Made by a program: the position numbers and the translations under genes. From Daphnia carinata (lineage: Eukaryota): 64,000 nt of DNA. The notes under the pieces were generated by a model. It searched no databases. It worked only from the letters and a program-made list of their open reading frames with translations, and had not been told where the DNA came from. The stretch covers positions 6,944,001 to 7,008,000 of the forward strand of contig NC_081332.1 of the NCBI RefSeq assembly GCF_022539665.2. The letters run 5' to 3'. Below, in pieces: positions 22,608-36,177 of this stretch; position 1 is the first letter of the stretch; each line of letters begins with the position of its first letter.

Positions 22608-25244
22608 TCACTTTTTGGCTGAATTACTGCTGTCTGTTTCTGGCATGCACCGACATAGGTCTTTCCAGACCATGCCATACCCGACGACGTAAGTACATGT
22701 GGTATGTTTTCCTGTACAACCGTTTAGGTGTGTCAGCTTCTTTGATAGATGGGTAGATTGATGAATTTGGTGCGCTTGGCCTTGGTGGGCTCGTTTGAAC
22801 TTGTCTTTCAGTTGACAGCTGTGCGGGTGCGGACGTTCTTATGAATGGTTGTTCGATGACAATGTCTGAATGGTAATCTGTTTCTCGTGCTGGTAGCATT
22901 GATACGAGTTCGTGTTGTTCCTCTATGCGATCGTCGCATTTTCTTGTAGGCTTCTGGTTTCTACGGATATGATTTTTAATCTTCAGATAGGGTTGCAAAT
23001 GATGAAGATCCGTAAGCATACGAGAAATAGCACAAATCCAATTGCTGAAAGACCTATTATTTTCAATTTGTCGAACCATGAGAACATATGATCTATCTGA
23101 TTATCTTGTTGTTCTGACATCACAATATCTCCAGAATTGGAATTTCCCTCTTGCAATCTGCCTACTAGGTCATTCAGGATATTTAATTGATCCATCTCCA
23201 TTGTCGCGTGTGCTGAGTGACTTTTCAGCGAGAAGTCGAAATTATTAAGGTGGAGTTCTTCAAATTCTGTAATGAGGTCTAGATTAGGCATGTTAATGGT
23301 AGGTTTCTGGCGTATCCAATCTCCTGTTGTAGAATTGCGTTCCCAGGTATGTGGATTTCCATTTAAATTTACTAACGGCGTTTTCCAAAAACAATCGGAA
23401 TATGGGTGAATTGACCATCCATCTGTTCCGATCGTACAATTCTTTCCTTCGTAAGTAAAGAACGGTTGAAATCCGCATTTTGTTTCGTTTGCTGATATAA
23501 AAATCCTTTTGGCTTCGCATTGTTGAAGTGTCATTGCTTGACCGAAGCCTTGTAATCTCGTGCAGATAGGTAAGCCTACTGCAGCTGCAGCCAAAATGCA
23601 TTGGTTTGGGCTAATATAACAGCTTGTGTTCTTTTAATTGCTGATAGTTGACAATAAACGTCTCGAATTTCTTTTGCAAGCTTGTTCTCGTGTTCCGTTT
23701 CGATGCTGATTTTATATTGGTCGTGCATTTTATTTAATTCTTATTTAATTTTGTCGTTGAGTTTTTCAATATTGTTCGGTAGACCGCTCTCCAAATTTTC
23801 ATTAATTAGTGAATCTTCAGTGTTCTGATCTATTGAAATTATCAGGGATTCTGCGGGTGGTAATTTTTGAATGTTTTTTTCCTCGATGGCCTGAATTTGA
23901 CTATATTCTGTTGTAGTCGTTGTTTAAGTTGTTGCTAATGGGGTCATTCCGCTTGTCTGTGTTAATGACTGCGGAGTCGTCGAACTTTCCTTTACTTTTG
24001 TCGTACTCGGCGTAGTCGAGCTTGGCTGATGCGTTATTGTTGTTGCTGTTGTTGTGGAACTTGTCGTTGTGGGCGTTGATGTTGTTGCTATTGTTGTGGA
24101 ACTTGTCGTCGTGGGCGTTGTTGTTGTTGTTGACATAAGCTTTGTAGTTGTAGTGGTTGTTGAGGTTGAAGTTACTTTAGCAGTTGTCGTAGATCTAATA
24201 GTAGTAGTGGTGGGCTTAGTGCTTGTTGACGTGATTATTGGTTTTGTAGTTATGGAAGGTTTTGTTGTTGTTGATGTCATACTGGGTTTGGTTGTCATTT
24301 TTTGCGTTATCGTTGCTTTGTTGGCTGCTGTGCTTGTAGCTGACTTACTTGTTGTCGTGGTTTTACCGTTGTTTTTGTCGTCGTTCCCAAGGTTGTTTTT
24401 ATTATGGGCTTTGTAGTCGTCGTAGCGCTTGTCGTTTTTGTGGATTTTTCTGTTGTGGGCGTGGCAGGGAGAGTGACCATAGTTTTGTTCTTTTCTGATT
24501 GGTTGTTGATATCCCTTTGCATTAGTGGCGGTATAGAGGGGAGTGCTTTCCCGTCCAATGGCTGTTGAGTATGTAGCGCTATAATGGCTGCCGCTGAAAG
24601 TGTCCTTATTTGATGTGGGTTGCGATATTCAAAGCTAAATTGTTGTTTTTTACTGGAGCTGTGACAATGCCCCAGGCTCACACGTCCTACTCTTTGTGTT
24701 AGACACTTCCTATCTGATGATGGTGAATATAAACCAGTTCTATCTGTTGCCAGGAGTTGTCCTGTGTGTTCGTATGTGCCCCAGATTGAGCTTGTGTTGG
24801 CGCATTCCTGGAGAACGAGCATTGTTGTGTTGGCTTTTACACAGTTGTTCGTGTTGAACGGTCTGATGGTGAAATCAGAGGTATATTCGAAAGCTTGTCC
24901 TCGTTCTGTCGTTCTGCTGCAGTTAGCAACTGTAGTTTGTGATCGCACTAATGGGTCATTACTGGTTACCAGTGTTCTAGTTCTTCTTGACATTTGGTCC
25001 AATCCGCGTCGCATTCTTCTAGTGTCATCTGTTTGTTTATTCCGTGATGAGTCAGACACTCGGTGCTTTCCCATTTTTCAACAATCCCCAGTCAATCATG
25101 TCCCAGATTATATTTCCGCTGCCGGGATTAGTTTTTAAAATTCCTCCGAATATCGACGAATTAATCGTTGTTGTTATCGCTCTTCGCTGTTCTTGTTGTA
25201 TCTCCTGCATTTCCGCTAACGTTGTATCCGGGAAGTTTTCTTGG
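22608..25244 (-). pseudogene. Element A env-like glycoprotein, 3' portion (ricin-like domain 2, Thr-rich mucin, C-terminal ectodomain, TM, tail), frameshifted
   Basis: Homologous to the B env at 42215-44810. TM IIGLSAIGFVLFLVCLRIFIIC. Tail with PSAP and CTGKHTTC..DLCRC. A signal-peptide remnant survives at 36075-36151. Confidence 0.9.
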
Positions 25245-26528
25245 AGGTCGGAGAAAAAGGCCCAGACGAAAAAGGCCCACGAAAAAGGCCCATACGAAAA
25301 AGGCCCATACAAAAAAGGACCACTTTTTTTCAATTTTATAAGTGGGCCTTTTTCTCCAGTCAATTTCCATGTTCCTAAACACTTTATATATATACTTTAT
25401 ATACTTGTTTCCAAAATGTAATTCCAACCTCCTATTCCGTGGAAGTTGGAATGTACAAAGGTTGGTAAGATGTACATAAGGTTTGCCGAGATGAAACAAT
25501 GTTAGCTTATGTACGCTAGTTAATCTTTGATTATTTATTCGGTAGCAATCTGATTTCGGATTATGTTAGTATTTATATATTGCTAATATCCCGTTAAATA
25601 AAGTTCATTTTTCACAATTTATGTTTATTTAATTACTATCGCTTCTTCTAATATAATATAAGAAATATATGTTTTTCGCACTCAGCCTTGTTTTGTCCAC
25701 CCTCTTTGATCATGCCCCCCCCCAACCCTTAGTCCATCTCCTTTATAACTTCCCTTTGTCGATACCTATGCCATAGGTAAAGACCACTGATTTGTTGTGA
25801 ATACGGAAACTGAATGAGTTCCGCGTGGCTTTTGTGGTTGCTGGGAACAAAGATATGTTAATACGAAGACTAGTTTATTATTATTAACATTTGATAAATA
25901 ATTTTTATAGGAAGAACATTACAAACTTAAACTATCGTTTGAGATAAGGACAAATAAAACTATTATAATTCAATATTGATTCTCATACCATTTATTTCCT
26001 TATCACATTTTCAATTCTTTTCACGATTACAAAGAGCCTCATAAATATTGTTACGTTGGCAATATCCGATTCGCCACTGCAGTAGCGACAACAGCGCTAG
26101 GACGGAAATCCCGCCCCAATTATGGCCGTCCATTGGAGCACCACCCTCGTCGCCGGATATAAAAGGGGCGATATTGCACTTCTGTGTGGCTTTTTGATTA
26201 ATTGGTTAGGGCAATTAGTTTGCAGTTGTGTTATTAATCCTTTTGGTGAAATACACATTATATTTTAATCTGAAGCACGACGTCTCTATCTTGGTACAAG
26301 ATCCATCCGTGACATGGTGTAGATGCAGGGTAACACCTGTTAGGCTGAGTAAGGTAAGCGCAATTGTTGTTCTTTTCGCACGGGTCTTGGGGAGTTTTTG
26401 AATAAGGAACCTGGAGGCAGGTGCTGTTTAGGGGTCTTTGGGAAGTGTGACCGGCCGGCTAGAAAGTGCCTTAAATTGCCGTGGTACAGGACCACAGACC
26501 TGGCCGATTTCCTTGATTCGCTGTTAGG

Positions 26529-29500
26529 TTGAAGACCCGTCCGAGTAAGTTGTTGAGAGTTGTTGGAGAGAAAGACGTAGCTCGGTGGATGAGTACGGAT
26601 CCGCCTAGGCAGAGCAGGCGTTTACGAGGGTTAGCCGCGTCCCCGATAAGCGGGGAAGGACAACGCAGCGTTGGTCTTGACGGAAGTCAGGCGGAATCTC
26701 TAAAGAGAGTTACAGAAGTAGGGGCACAGACTGCCCAAGCGATCGGCCATACCATTCCGAGAAGAGAAATCGTATCACTGAACCCGATCGGAGAATCGAA
26801 CGCGAGGACAAATTCCTCTTGTAGGTATCGGAAGCTCGTTCAGGAAGCAAGATCGAGAGATAGTGGTGTAGGAGAACAAACGTGTATTGATCCGAGGGAG
26901 CAACAGGAGGTAGCCGAAAAGCAAGGAATCTTTAACGAGTGCTCAAGGGAAGGAAGTGATAAGGGGTTAGACGATTTTTCTGGAGCTTTACCACTCGTGA
27001 TAGCACCAACGCTTGAAATGGCCCAGCGTGCTGAATTTAGGGGAAACGATGGACCTCCCGCCCGTGCACCTGCACAGGCAGGAGGAGCCGTTCAGCGTGC
27101 ACCGGCTCATCCATCGCAGTATCGTGAAGCACCAGTCTTCCGCGGAGGACCAGACGACGATGCCGCTGAATGGATGGAACGTTTCGAGAGGACCGCCAAT
27201 TTCAATGGATGGGGTCCCGCTGAGAAAGCGGAATACTTTGGCTTATTCTTAGAAGGTACAGCAAAGGATTGGCTAGCTTGTCAATTAGGGGAGGTGGTCT
27301 GGGACGATGTTGCTCCGGATGACGCCGAACCCGGGATAAGGGGCCTACGAACCCGATTTTTAGATACATTTCGATCGGAGGATTTCGACCGTTATCATAA
27401 AGCTAGGCTACGTAGCCGAAAGCAGGAGGCCTCGGAGAGGGTCGTAGGATATTTCTACGACGTGCTAAATCAGTGCCGTAGGTTGAACCCTAGGATGCCT
27501 GAAGCGAAGAAAATAGATTATCTGTTGCGTGGGCTTAATCAGCCTTTGAAGCGAGAAATGACCATTAAACAGCCCCGGACGACAGATGAATTTTTGAAAG
27601 CACTCAAGATTTATACTAGGGCATATGAGGATTCAGAGAAACCAAATCAGGCAGTTAATTTTATGGGACAAGCGAAGGATCCTATTCCACCCAAGCGAGT
27701 CACGTATGCTGACTCCGAAGAAAGGCAAACTCCGTTGAAACAAGAAGCCTACGAGTACGACGCAAAGCGAGACGGCACGCGCCAAGGGTCGCATGACGAG
27801 TTAAAAAATTTAATACGCGATATGGCAGCTCGGATAGAAGAGCTGGAACGAGGCACTAAACAACTACGCCTGGGAGGGAGAGGGGAGAAACCTAAACCCT
27901 CCCGAACAGCAGACGGAAGGCCAATCTGCCACCGATGCGGACGCTCCGATCATATTGCTCGTAACTGTGAGACCGATTTGAGTAATACGAGGCCACGATC
28001 ACCAACACCTAGTCGGGAAGGAAGGGAGAACGAAAGGAGACCAGATGGACGTGATGTGGACCGACGCGGACGTGAGAACTCGAGACGAGATGGAAGCCAA
28101 GATGGGAGGAGAAACGTAAGTCGAGAACGCTCGCGTTATAATAGGGACGATAGTAGGGAAAGTCGTAGCCCTAGAACGGTTTCTAGACCTCCAGCGGACC
28201 GTGATCAGGGTCAAATGGCGGTGGGAATGATTTCACTCGAAGAAAAAGGGAAGAAGAATGATGAGCTTAAGGAGGCTGAAAATGAAGACAAAGGGGCTGG
28301 CTGTGAGATGGAATCGCTCGGAGAAAAGGGGGAAGAGAATTGTAAAGTCGAAGAAGGCATAAAGGATAAAGGAGAAAACGTACCGATCTATTTGACCTAC
28401 TCTCCGCGTCTCATATTCGAAGAAGTCAACTGTAAGGGATTGGCCGTCAAGGCAGTTATTGATACTGGAGCCGTAATTTCAGTTGCTTCGCCAAGCCTGC
28501 AAGAAAAGCTAAAAGCACCGTTGGTGGAATGGGAAGGACCGGCCATCATTATGGTAAATGGTCAAAGTACACAACCTCTTGGTGCCATTCAGTTGGAAAT
28601 TGAACATCGGGGCCACAAGGCCAGTGGAAAAATCATTCTCTTGGAAATGAAAGGAATAGAACTACTGTTAGGGAACGATTTTTTAAGCCAGTTTGAGCGA
28701 TTGGTGGTTCAGTACAAGAAGACGGGGGCAGTGGCATCTCTAGGTGAATTGCCAGTGAATGTAATCAACGAGCAGATAATCTCGCCTCCAAAGCTGGTAG
28801 CCAAGATAGGAAGAATGCTGCCACCGAGAACCTTTGCTCTAGTGGAAGTAGAGCTTACCGCGCAAGAGAAAAACATTTGGATGGTAGAGCCTTCGGACAA
28901 GTTAGCTCGAGTCAAAGGCATTACTACTGGGAAGGTATTTGTGTCCAGTGAATCCCCGCTAAACCGAGTGTTTGTTGTGAACTTAACGTACCAGAGAGCC
29001 TATATCCGAGAGGGGACCGTTTTGGGACAGATGGAAGAAATAGAACCTGTTGTTGTGACAATAGATGAGGAAGAGAAAATGGGAATAAAGGATGACGAGG
29101 AGAATCTAGCCGTAATGGCACTCAGTCGAGGAAAGTTCTCTCCGTCCAGCGTCGCCCCTATTCCCAGGGAGACATTCAGGGCTAGGATTGCCGAAAGCTT
29201 ATCACCCCCAGAAACAGAGAGATTGATTGACCTGTTAGAAGAATTTCATTCATGCTTCGCGCTGGCCGATAGTGAGCTGGGAGTTTGTCGTGTGGCCAAG
29301 CATCGAATCGACACGGGCAACACACCACCAGTTCACCAACCTCCGTACAAGAGCGCATGGAAAGAACGAGCCATTGTACAGCGACAGGTCGACGAGATGC
29401 TGGAAAAAGGTGTCATTGAGCCTTCCACCAGCCCTTGGGCATCGCCAGTTGTCTTGGTGAAAAAGAAAGATGGAAATTGGAGATTCTGCGTGGACTATCG

Positions 29501-32024
29501 GAAGCTAAACGTCGTCTCTGTGCAAGATGTTTACCCACTACCGCGGATTGAGGAAACCCTAGCCAGGATGGGGAACGCCTGCATTTTTTCGACAATGGAT
29601 TTAGAAAGCGGATACTGGCAAGTGCCTATGGACGAAGCTGATAAAGCCAAAACAGCATTTATCACGCCCGACGGGCTCTACCAATTTTTGGTAATGCCGT
29701 TTGGTTTAGCTTCCGCTCCCGGAACATTCCAACGGATGATGGACCTGGTACTAGCCGGGCTCCGATGGACGATCTGCCTCGTCTACTTAGACGATATCAT
29801 CATCTACGCGGGGGATACCAGGGAACATCTAATACGACTCCGGCAGGTACTGAGTGCCTTACACAAAGCTGGATTAAAGATCAAACTAGTAAAGTGCCAA
29901 TTTGCAGCCCGGGAAGTAAAAGCCTTAGGGCACGTAATCAGCGGGGAAGGCATACGCCCAGACCCAGAAAAACTAAAGGCAATTGAAAAATTTCCGTCTC
30001 CGTGTTCCTTTCATAAACCCGCTGACCGACTAAAATGTGTTAGGAGCTTTATCGGACTCTGTTCGTACTACAGGCGATTCATTGCGCAGTTTGCGCATAC
30101 TGCTAAACCCCTAACAGACATGTTTTAAAAAAGGGCATGCTTTGTATGGAGAGAACCTCAAGAAGAAAGCTTCAATTTATTAAAACAAGCGCTGATCAGA
30201 GCCGCTACGTTAGCCTATCCTGATTTTTCCAAACCTTTCGAGATCCATCCTGACGCGTGCGATTACGGTCTTGGAGCGGTGTTGTTACAACGCATCGACA
30301 ACGTGGAGAGACCCCTCGCCTACGCGAGTCGTCTCTTGACAAAAGGCGAGAACAATTATTCCATCACGGAAAAAGAATGCCTCGCGATGGTCTGGGCGGT
30401 GAAGAAATTTAGAAGCTACATTTGGGGAATTGAGACCGTGGTTGTGACTGACCATCACGAGCTTTGTTGGCTGTTAAGTAAAAAGGATCTGGCCGGACGT
30501 TTGGCTCGTTGGAGCCTGCAATTACAAGAATTTTTACTAAGGATTGTACACCGTAACGGTAGACTGCATGCGGATGCGGACACGTTATCGCGTTATCCAG
30601 TCAACATTGTCACAGAAACAGATGTGTCACTACCCTGCATAGTGGCAGCCTTAAGTATCGATCATGACAATAAAGAGAAATTACAACGCGCCCAGCAAGA
30701 GGAATGGGATCAAGTGTTTGCTGCAATCAAACGAGGAAAACTCCGAGGGCAGTATCGGATTCAAGATGGCCTGTTATTCTGCGAGAAGATCGTCGATGAT
30801 GGACGACTCCTAAAACTGTGTGTACCCCAAACATTCAAAGAAGAGGTTATGCGCGCTTGCCATCATGACATCACGGCTGGACACCTCGGAACTAGACGCA
30901 CTCTAGCGAAAGTGCGAGCTCGTTACTATTGGTGGAAAATGGACGAAGACGTTAGTAGATTCGTTCGCAGTTGTCGAGAATGCCAATCACGTAAGTCAGT
31001 GTACCAGCGGCCAGCCGGGTACATGGAAGTAATAAAAACAGAACGTCCGTTTGAAAGGTTGGGAATAGATATCCTGGGACCGTTCCCACTATCAAAAATG
31101 GGGAACAAACACATCGTCGTGGCAGTAGATTATGTTACGAAATGGGCAGAAACTAGAGCGCTTCCGAGTGCCGACGCCAAAGAAGTGGCCGATTTCCTGG
31201 TAAAAAGTGTGTTGTTACGTCATGGCGCCCCGCGCCAGCTAACTACGGATAGAGGCCGCTGTTTCATCGCAGAACTCACCCAACATGTGGTGAAGGCCAT
31301 GGAGACTAACCACCGTATGACAACGGCCTATCGTCCGCAAGCGAACGGCTTGGTGGAACGGCTGAATCACACGCTGTCTGACATGCTTTCAATGTATGTC
31401 AGCTCAGATCATCGGGACTGGGATGAGTCACTACCCTACGTGACGTTCGCGTACAATACCAGCCGTCAAGAGACCACCGGAAAGACGCCATTTTACTTGG
31501 TGTATGGGAGAGAAGCCGTTCTCCCCATCGACGCGATGGTAGGCGCGGATCCCAACCCTGCGTCGCCAAAGGACAGGGATCCGACCGAATGGGCAATCGA
31601 ACGTCTCCAACAGGCACGATTGTTAGTGCAGGAGCGCGCAGCCCTTATACACCGTAACCAAAAGGAACAGTATGACAAAAGAAGGAGAGAAGCACCCACT
31701 TACCTGCCTGGAGACGAAGTTCTGGTGTACAAACCTATTCGAAAGGTAGGAAGATCGGAAAAACTTTTGAATCGATGGTATGGTCCATATAAAGTGGTAC
31801 GCCAGACCACCCCAAGCAACTACGAAATACGCCTAGGCCGCTCTCCCAAAACAGAGATAGTACATGTCGAGCGTATGAAATCATTCATTGATGTCGTTGG
31901 AACTCCGCCACCGCTCCCCAAGCCGGACAGCAAGGATGTATCCCCGGAAACGTCACAATCTAACTTACACGAGGCGTCGCCAACTGCCGCCCCAGAAGGG
32001 TCAGCGACCCCGAAACGAAACTGA
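26529..32024 (+). pseudogene. Element C gag-pol with one in-frame stop at 30126-30128
   Basis: Capsid-like gag, CHRCGRSDHIARNC knuckle, VIDTGA protease, VYLDDII RT, RNase H, HHCC and DDE integrase, GPY motif. ORFs 26529 and 30279 share a frame. Confidence 0.93.
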
Positions 32025-34080
32025 CGATGGTCAACGGAATCAGGAAAGTGATGTCAATGGAATGGGGACCCCGCCTGCAGAGGAGACGGTACCGGAACCA
32101 GGAATACCAACAGCAACCCCGGATGGGACTGGTTTAAGACGATCAGCTCGAGGAAGGATACCGAGGAAGCAATTCATACTAGCACTACCATTTTTCCTTT
32201 TGTTTTTGACACTAAACGCACCGTTGAAAATATCGGCAAAAGAGATCGTGGCCTACCAAGGAGTAATCTTCAAACCCGAAAAAGATGTAGCCTTCTCAGA
32301 CTCAGAATGGATAGTTGTCTCCGACTTCACCTTCGACACTCTAGAAAAAGTCATTAAACAATTACAGTTTATATTAGAAGTGCGAATGGGTACATTGATT
32401 TACCGGAACGACGCCTTGGAAGACAAATTCAAAGAACGTTTTCGGCGGCAGCTGAATGTTCGCACACAGGTAGAAATAGCAAAACTGCGTGAAAGCCATC
32501 TACGACTTAATGAGTTGAAGGAGGCCGTTGGAATAAAGGATCCAAGAAGGAAGAGAGCAATAGCTGATGGCGGAGGAAAGATCCTAAACTGGCTGTTTGG
32601 AGTAGCCACGCAGGAAGACCTAGAACATGTGAACGAGAGAATAAACAAATTATCCACAGAAACCACGTCAATTGTGCACGCCATGGAGGTTCACGCATCT
32701 CTAATTAATGAAACCTTGTGGGAAACTCAGGCTGCAGCAAAAGCCATCGGAGAGTTACGGGTCACCTTTAACCACGTCGAAGCCGAAGCATGGAAGGTCA
32801 GCCAACAAGTTGGAAGTTTTCAGCAAGAGATGGAGCGGCAAGCGTCAGCCACCGTGAAAATCGATAATGTCTTTCGACACGTTCAGAAATCCCTCGCTTG
32901 GATAGACGAATCGGTGACCAATTTCGCCGTTGGACTAGCGACAATGGCGACAGAAAGGCTACCAGCTACGCTTTTTCCGCCTAAGCAAGTAGAGTTAGTG
33001 TTAAAAGAAGTGAAAAACACCTTGCCAACGGGTTGGACGCTGAGTCCTTCAATCCAAATGGGTGATGTTTGGAAATTCTATAAAGAAGCCACAGTTTTAG
33101 TAGCCGCGGTAGATGACTTTTTAAGGATCTTTATTCACTTACCTGTGTTTGAATTTCCATTTAGCTTTACGCTTTACGAAGTGGTTAGTCTGCCGCGCCC
33201 GGTGAATGATGCGACACAAGGTGCCCAATTTCATCCTTTACCACCGTATCTGGCTGTGGCAACCGACCAGCAAACATTTGTGGAACTATCAGCAAAAGAC
33301 GCGTCTCGTTGCTTAACATCGCCCACGGCAATTTGTCCAATAAGTAGAGCCATCAACAAAAAACACCGCGAGCCGGGATGTGCCATGGCCCTATTTTTAA
33401 AAGATGAAGAATTAAGCCATAAGAATTGTGCAACCAAATTGTCAAAGTGGGATGGACAACAGACGGCGTATTTGGGAAACCGTCGCTGGGGTTTTTCTGC
33501 CGTCAAAGATACTACAATTACGATATCCTGTCCAAGTAATCGACGAACGTCAAATACGATAATCAAACGAGAGTCGTTCGACATATTCGAAGTGCCCATG
33601 TCCTGTTCGGTATATACAGATGACTAGATCTTCCAAGCCAGCCTCAAGAAAAATATCCGCCATTCTTCAGGCAATAGAACGCTCCCTTCTTTAGCCGAAT
33701 TAGAGGAAGAAGGACAAGTGTGGCAAGAGGACAAGGCACCTGATATCACAAACCTACGGCCTCGTTATATCACGGACTGGAACAATGTCACGTTGTTATC
33801 TCGCCGCACGATGACGCAAGCACGGATTTCCCTGATGGCACAACACTTACGGTCATTGGAAGAAGAGGAGCAAGAGAGAAAAGGCGTAGATCATCTAGGA
33901 ACAATTCGTTACCCCTACGAATGGGTCGCCGTACTGCTGGCTCTATGTACCGGCCTATCATTATTCGCGTTCTTCTCTCGCCGCTATGCCCTTTTCACGC
34001 TCGGAAATCTATCCAACCGAGTGGCTGAATTGGAACGCCGCCTTGCGACACATGAAGCGTTGATAGAGGAGGAAGTGTAA
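32020..34080 (+). pseudogene. Element C env-like class I fusion protein (errantivirus/baculovirus F-like) with a TAG at 33625
   Basis: Hydrophobic signal FILALPFFLLFLTL, furin site RRKR followed by fusion peptide AIADGGGKILNWLFGVAT, heptad repeats, Cys-rich region, C-terminal TM WVAVLLALCTGLSLFAFF. ORF 33718-34080 is in frame with 31888-33627. Confidence 0.88.
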
Positions 34081-36177
34081 TTTTACCTGCATTGGAGTAA
34101 TTTTATGTGTTTTTGTAGTCCCACAGTAGTCTGATTTTTTTTTACTTACTCTTTTTGGTGTTCACATTACTTTGTAGTAATTGATGGTTCCTTTCACTCC
34201 ATTTATTTGTTAAACTCACACAAACATCGGCACTAGAACGGCACTTTAGAAAAGCAGCGGGAACGATGTCTTGTAGGATCGAGAGTTAAGAACAGACTGA
34301 ATAGCGTGGGTGGAAAAGGACGCTAACTCGCCCACGCCATCTCTTGGCTGGCCGATGAGTATTTGTACCGCGAGCGCTAGATGGCGTGGCGGCTGCCCAA
34401 ACTTTTATTCGTAGAAAATGCTTTTATTTACTTTATCCCCTTTTATAAGTAAAGTCCATGTCGTGTAATCCCTCTCTTCCCCGTAACACACAAAAAAAAA
34501 AAAAAATTAGATTTTAGAATTCGACACAAACGCGATCGGGACGATTCGCGACTTAAGGAGGGGGATGTTACGTTGGCAATATCCGATTTGCCACTGCAGT
34601 AGCGACAACAGCGCTAGGACGGAAATCCCGCCCCAATTATGGCCGTCCATTGGAGCACCACCCTCGTCGCCGGATATAAAAGGGGCGATATTGCACTTCT
34701 GTGTGGCTTTTTGATTAATTGGTTAGGGCAATTAGTTTGCAGTTGTGTTATTAAGCCTTTTGGTGAAATACACATTATCTTTTAATCTGAAGCACGACGT
34801 CTCTATCTTGGTACAAGATCCATCCGTGACAATATATTAAAATCATAACCTACTGCTATAAATATGCCAAGCGATTACTGCTGACTGTTACCTTGGAGCG
34901 CTTTTCACCAAAGCAATAAATAGTTCGAGCAAAACTGGAATATGCAATTTGCGCAGGAACGTCTATGAGTCAAACTTAAATAGTTAATGCATGGCTTTTT
35001 TAAAGAGCAATATTTTGTGAAAGAATAACTTCACCTTTAGTCCGAAAGAACCATCTACGTCTCTGGTAATAACTCGCGTTTTTCCAGCTATTATAAATGA
35101 ATTTTTGCGTTTCGAGTCTTGTTTTCCCCCTTATGCATATTTTCAAGCAGCTATTGTTTACCTAATTATACATCATATACTACAGTGAAATATAATAAAG
35201 CTTTGCATTTGCGGTCAACAAAACTACTAACAATTACAAATCCATTTTAATTATTTTGTACCATTAAGGACTTCTTTTAATGAGTCTGTTATTAGTGAAG
35301 ACACTAAACCTTTTAAAATGAATCTAACATTTTTTTTTCTTCAAATTTTCCAAAATCATGGAAGGCATGCCAATGTATTTTTATAAAAGACTATCGCGCC
35401 ATGTCTTGCACATGAAAGAACACGAGTTTAGCTCATCTATGAGTTGGTATCAGTATTTCATACGATAAGTTTTCTTTTTTTTTTTTGATTTGGTTTAATT
35501 ACTTTATGTTCTGTCTTTTCAGTTTCTTTTTCTTAATGTTGGCTTTTCTCTTTTACTGTTGTTGTTCCTTTCTCTTTTCCTTTTCTTCAGGTTTCCAGGT
35601 CCAGTCTCACAAAACAAAGTCCTTCATGGTAGAAAACTGTGGCTCATAGACGTTCCTACGCAAATTGAATATTCCAGTTTTGCTCGAACTATTTATTGCT
35701 TTGCTGAAAAGCGCTCCAAGGTAACAGTCAGCAGTAATCGCTTGGCATATTTATAGCAGTAGGTTATGATTTTAATATATTTATTAGGCTCTTTGTAATC
35801 GTGAAAAGAATTGAAAATGTGATAAGGAAATAAATGGTATGAGAATCAATATTGAATTATAATAGTTTTATTTGTCCTTATCTCAAACGATAGCTTAAGT
35901 TTGTAATGTTCTTCCTATATAAATTATTTATCAAATGTTAATAATAATAAACTAGTCTTCGTATTAACATATCTTTGTTCCCAGCAACCACAAAAGCCAC
36001 GCGGAACTCATTCAGTTTCCGTATTTACAACAAATCAGTGGTCTTTACCTATGGCATAGGTATCGACAAAGCCTTGATGGAATGAGATATTGAATGGAGA
36101 TATTGATGGAATGATGGTTAGTAAGTGGATGAATATTATTATCAGTTCCATCTGTGAAATAAAAATTTGAAGGTTTT

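Larger units (their letters stand above)
26049..34831 (+). mobile_element. Full-length env-bearing Ty3/Gypsy element C (8783 bp), ATAT TSD
   Basis: 266-bp LTRs at 26049-26314 and 34566-34831 (3 mismatches by eye), TG..CA termini. PBS TGGTGTAGATGCAGGG at 26315 (tRNA-Ala-like, inference). PPT aaggagggggga before 34566. TSD ATAT at 26045-26048 and 34832-34835. Confidence 0.97.
25245..36071. mobile_element. Non-autonomous foldback/MULE-like element with long inverted arms, right end truncated, hosting element C
   Basis: Starts with GGTCGGAGAAAAAGGCCC and tandem AAAAAGGCCC repeats. Arm 25754-26048 plus 34832-34970 is inverted-repeated at 35643-36071. No transposase. The family assignment is inference. 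Confidence 0.7.

Noticed and set aside
25248..25330. AAAAAGGCCC short repeat array as a CRISPR-like array
   Set aside because: Repeats of ~10 bp with 1-4 bp gaps, no spacers, no cas genes, eukaryotic context. It fits DNA-transposon terminal repeats.
25052..25499. ORFs with GPF/WAFF repeats fused to env
   Set aside because: Chimeric reading across the junction between the foldback terminus and env.
30120..30135. Programmed readthrough or frameshift at the TAA in element C
   Set aside because: The stop lies inside the RT-RNase H connection rather than at the gag-pol boundary, and the same frame resumes. A nonsense mutation is simpler.
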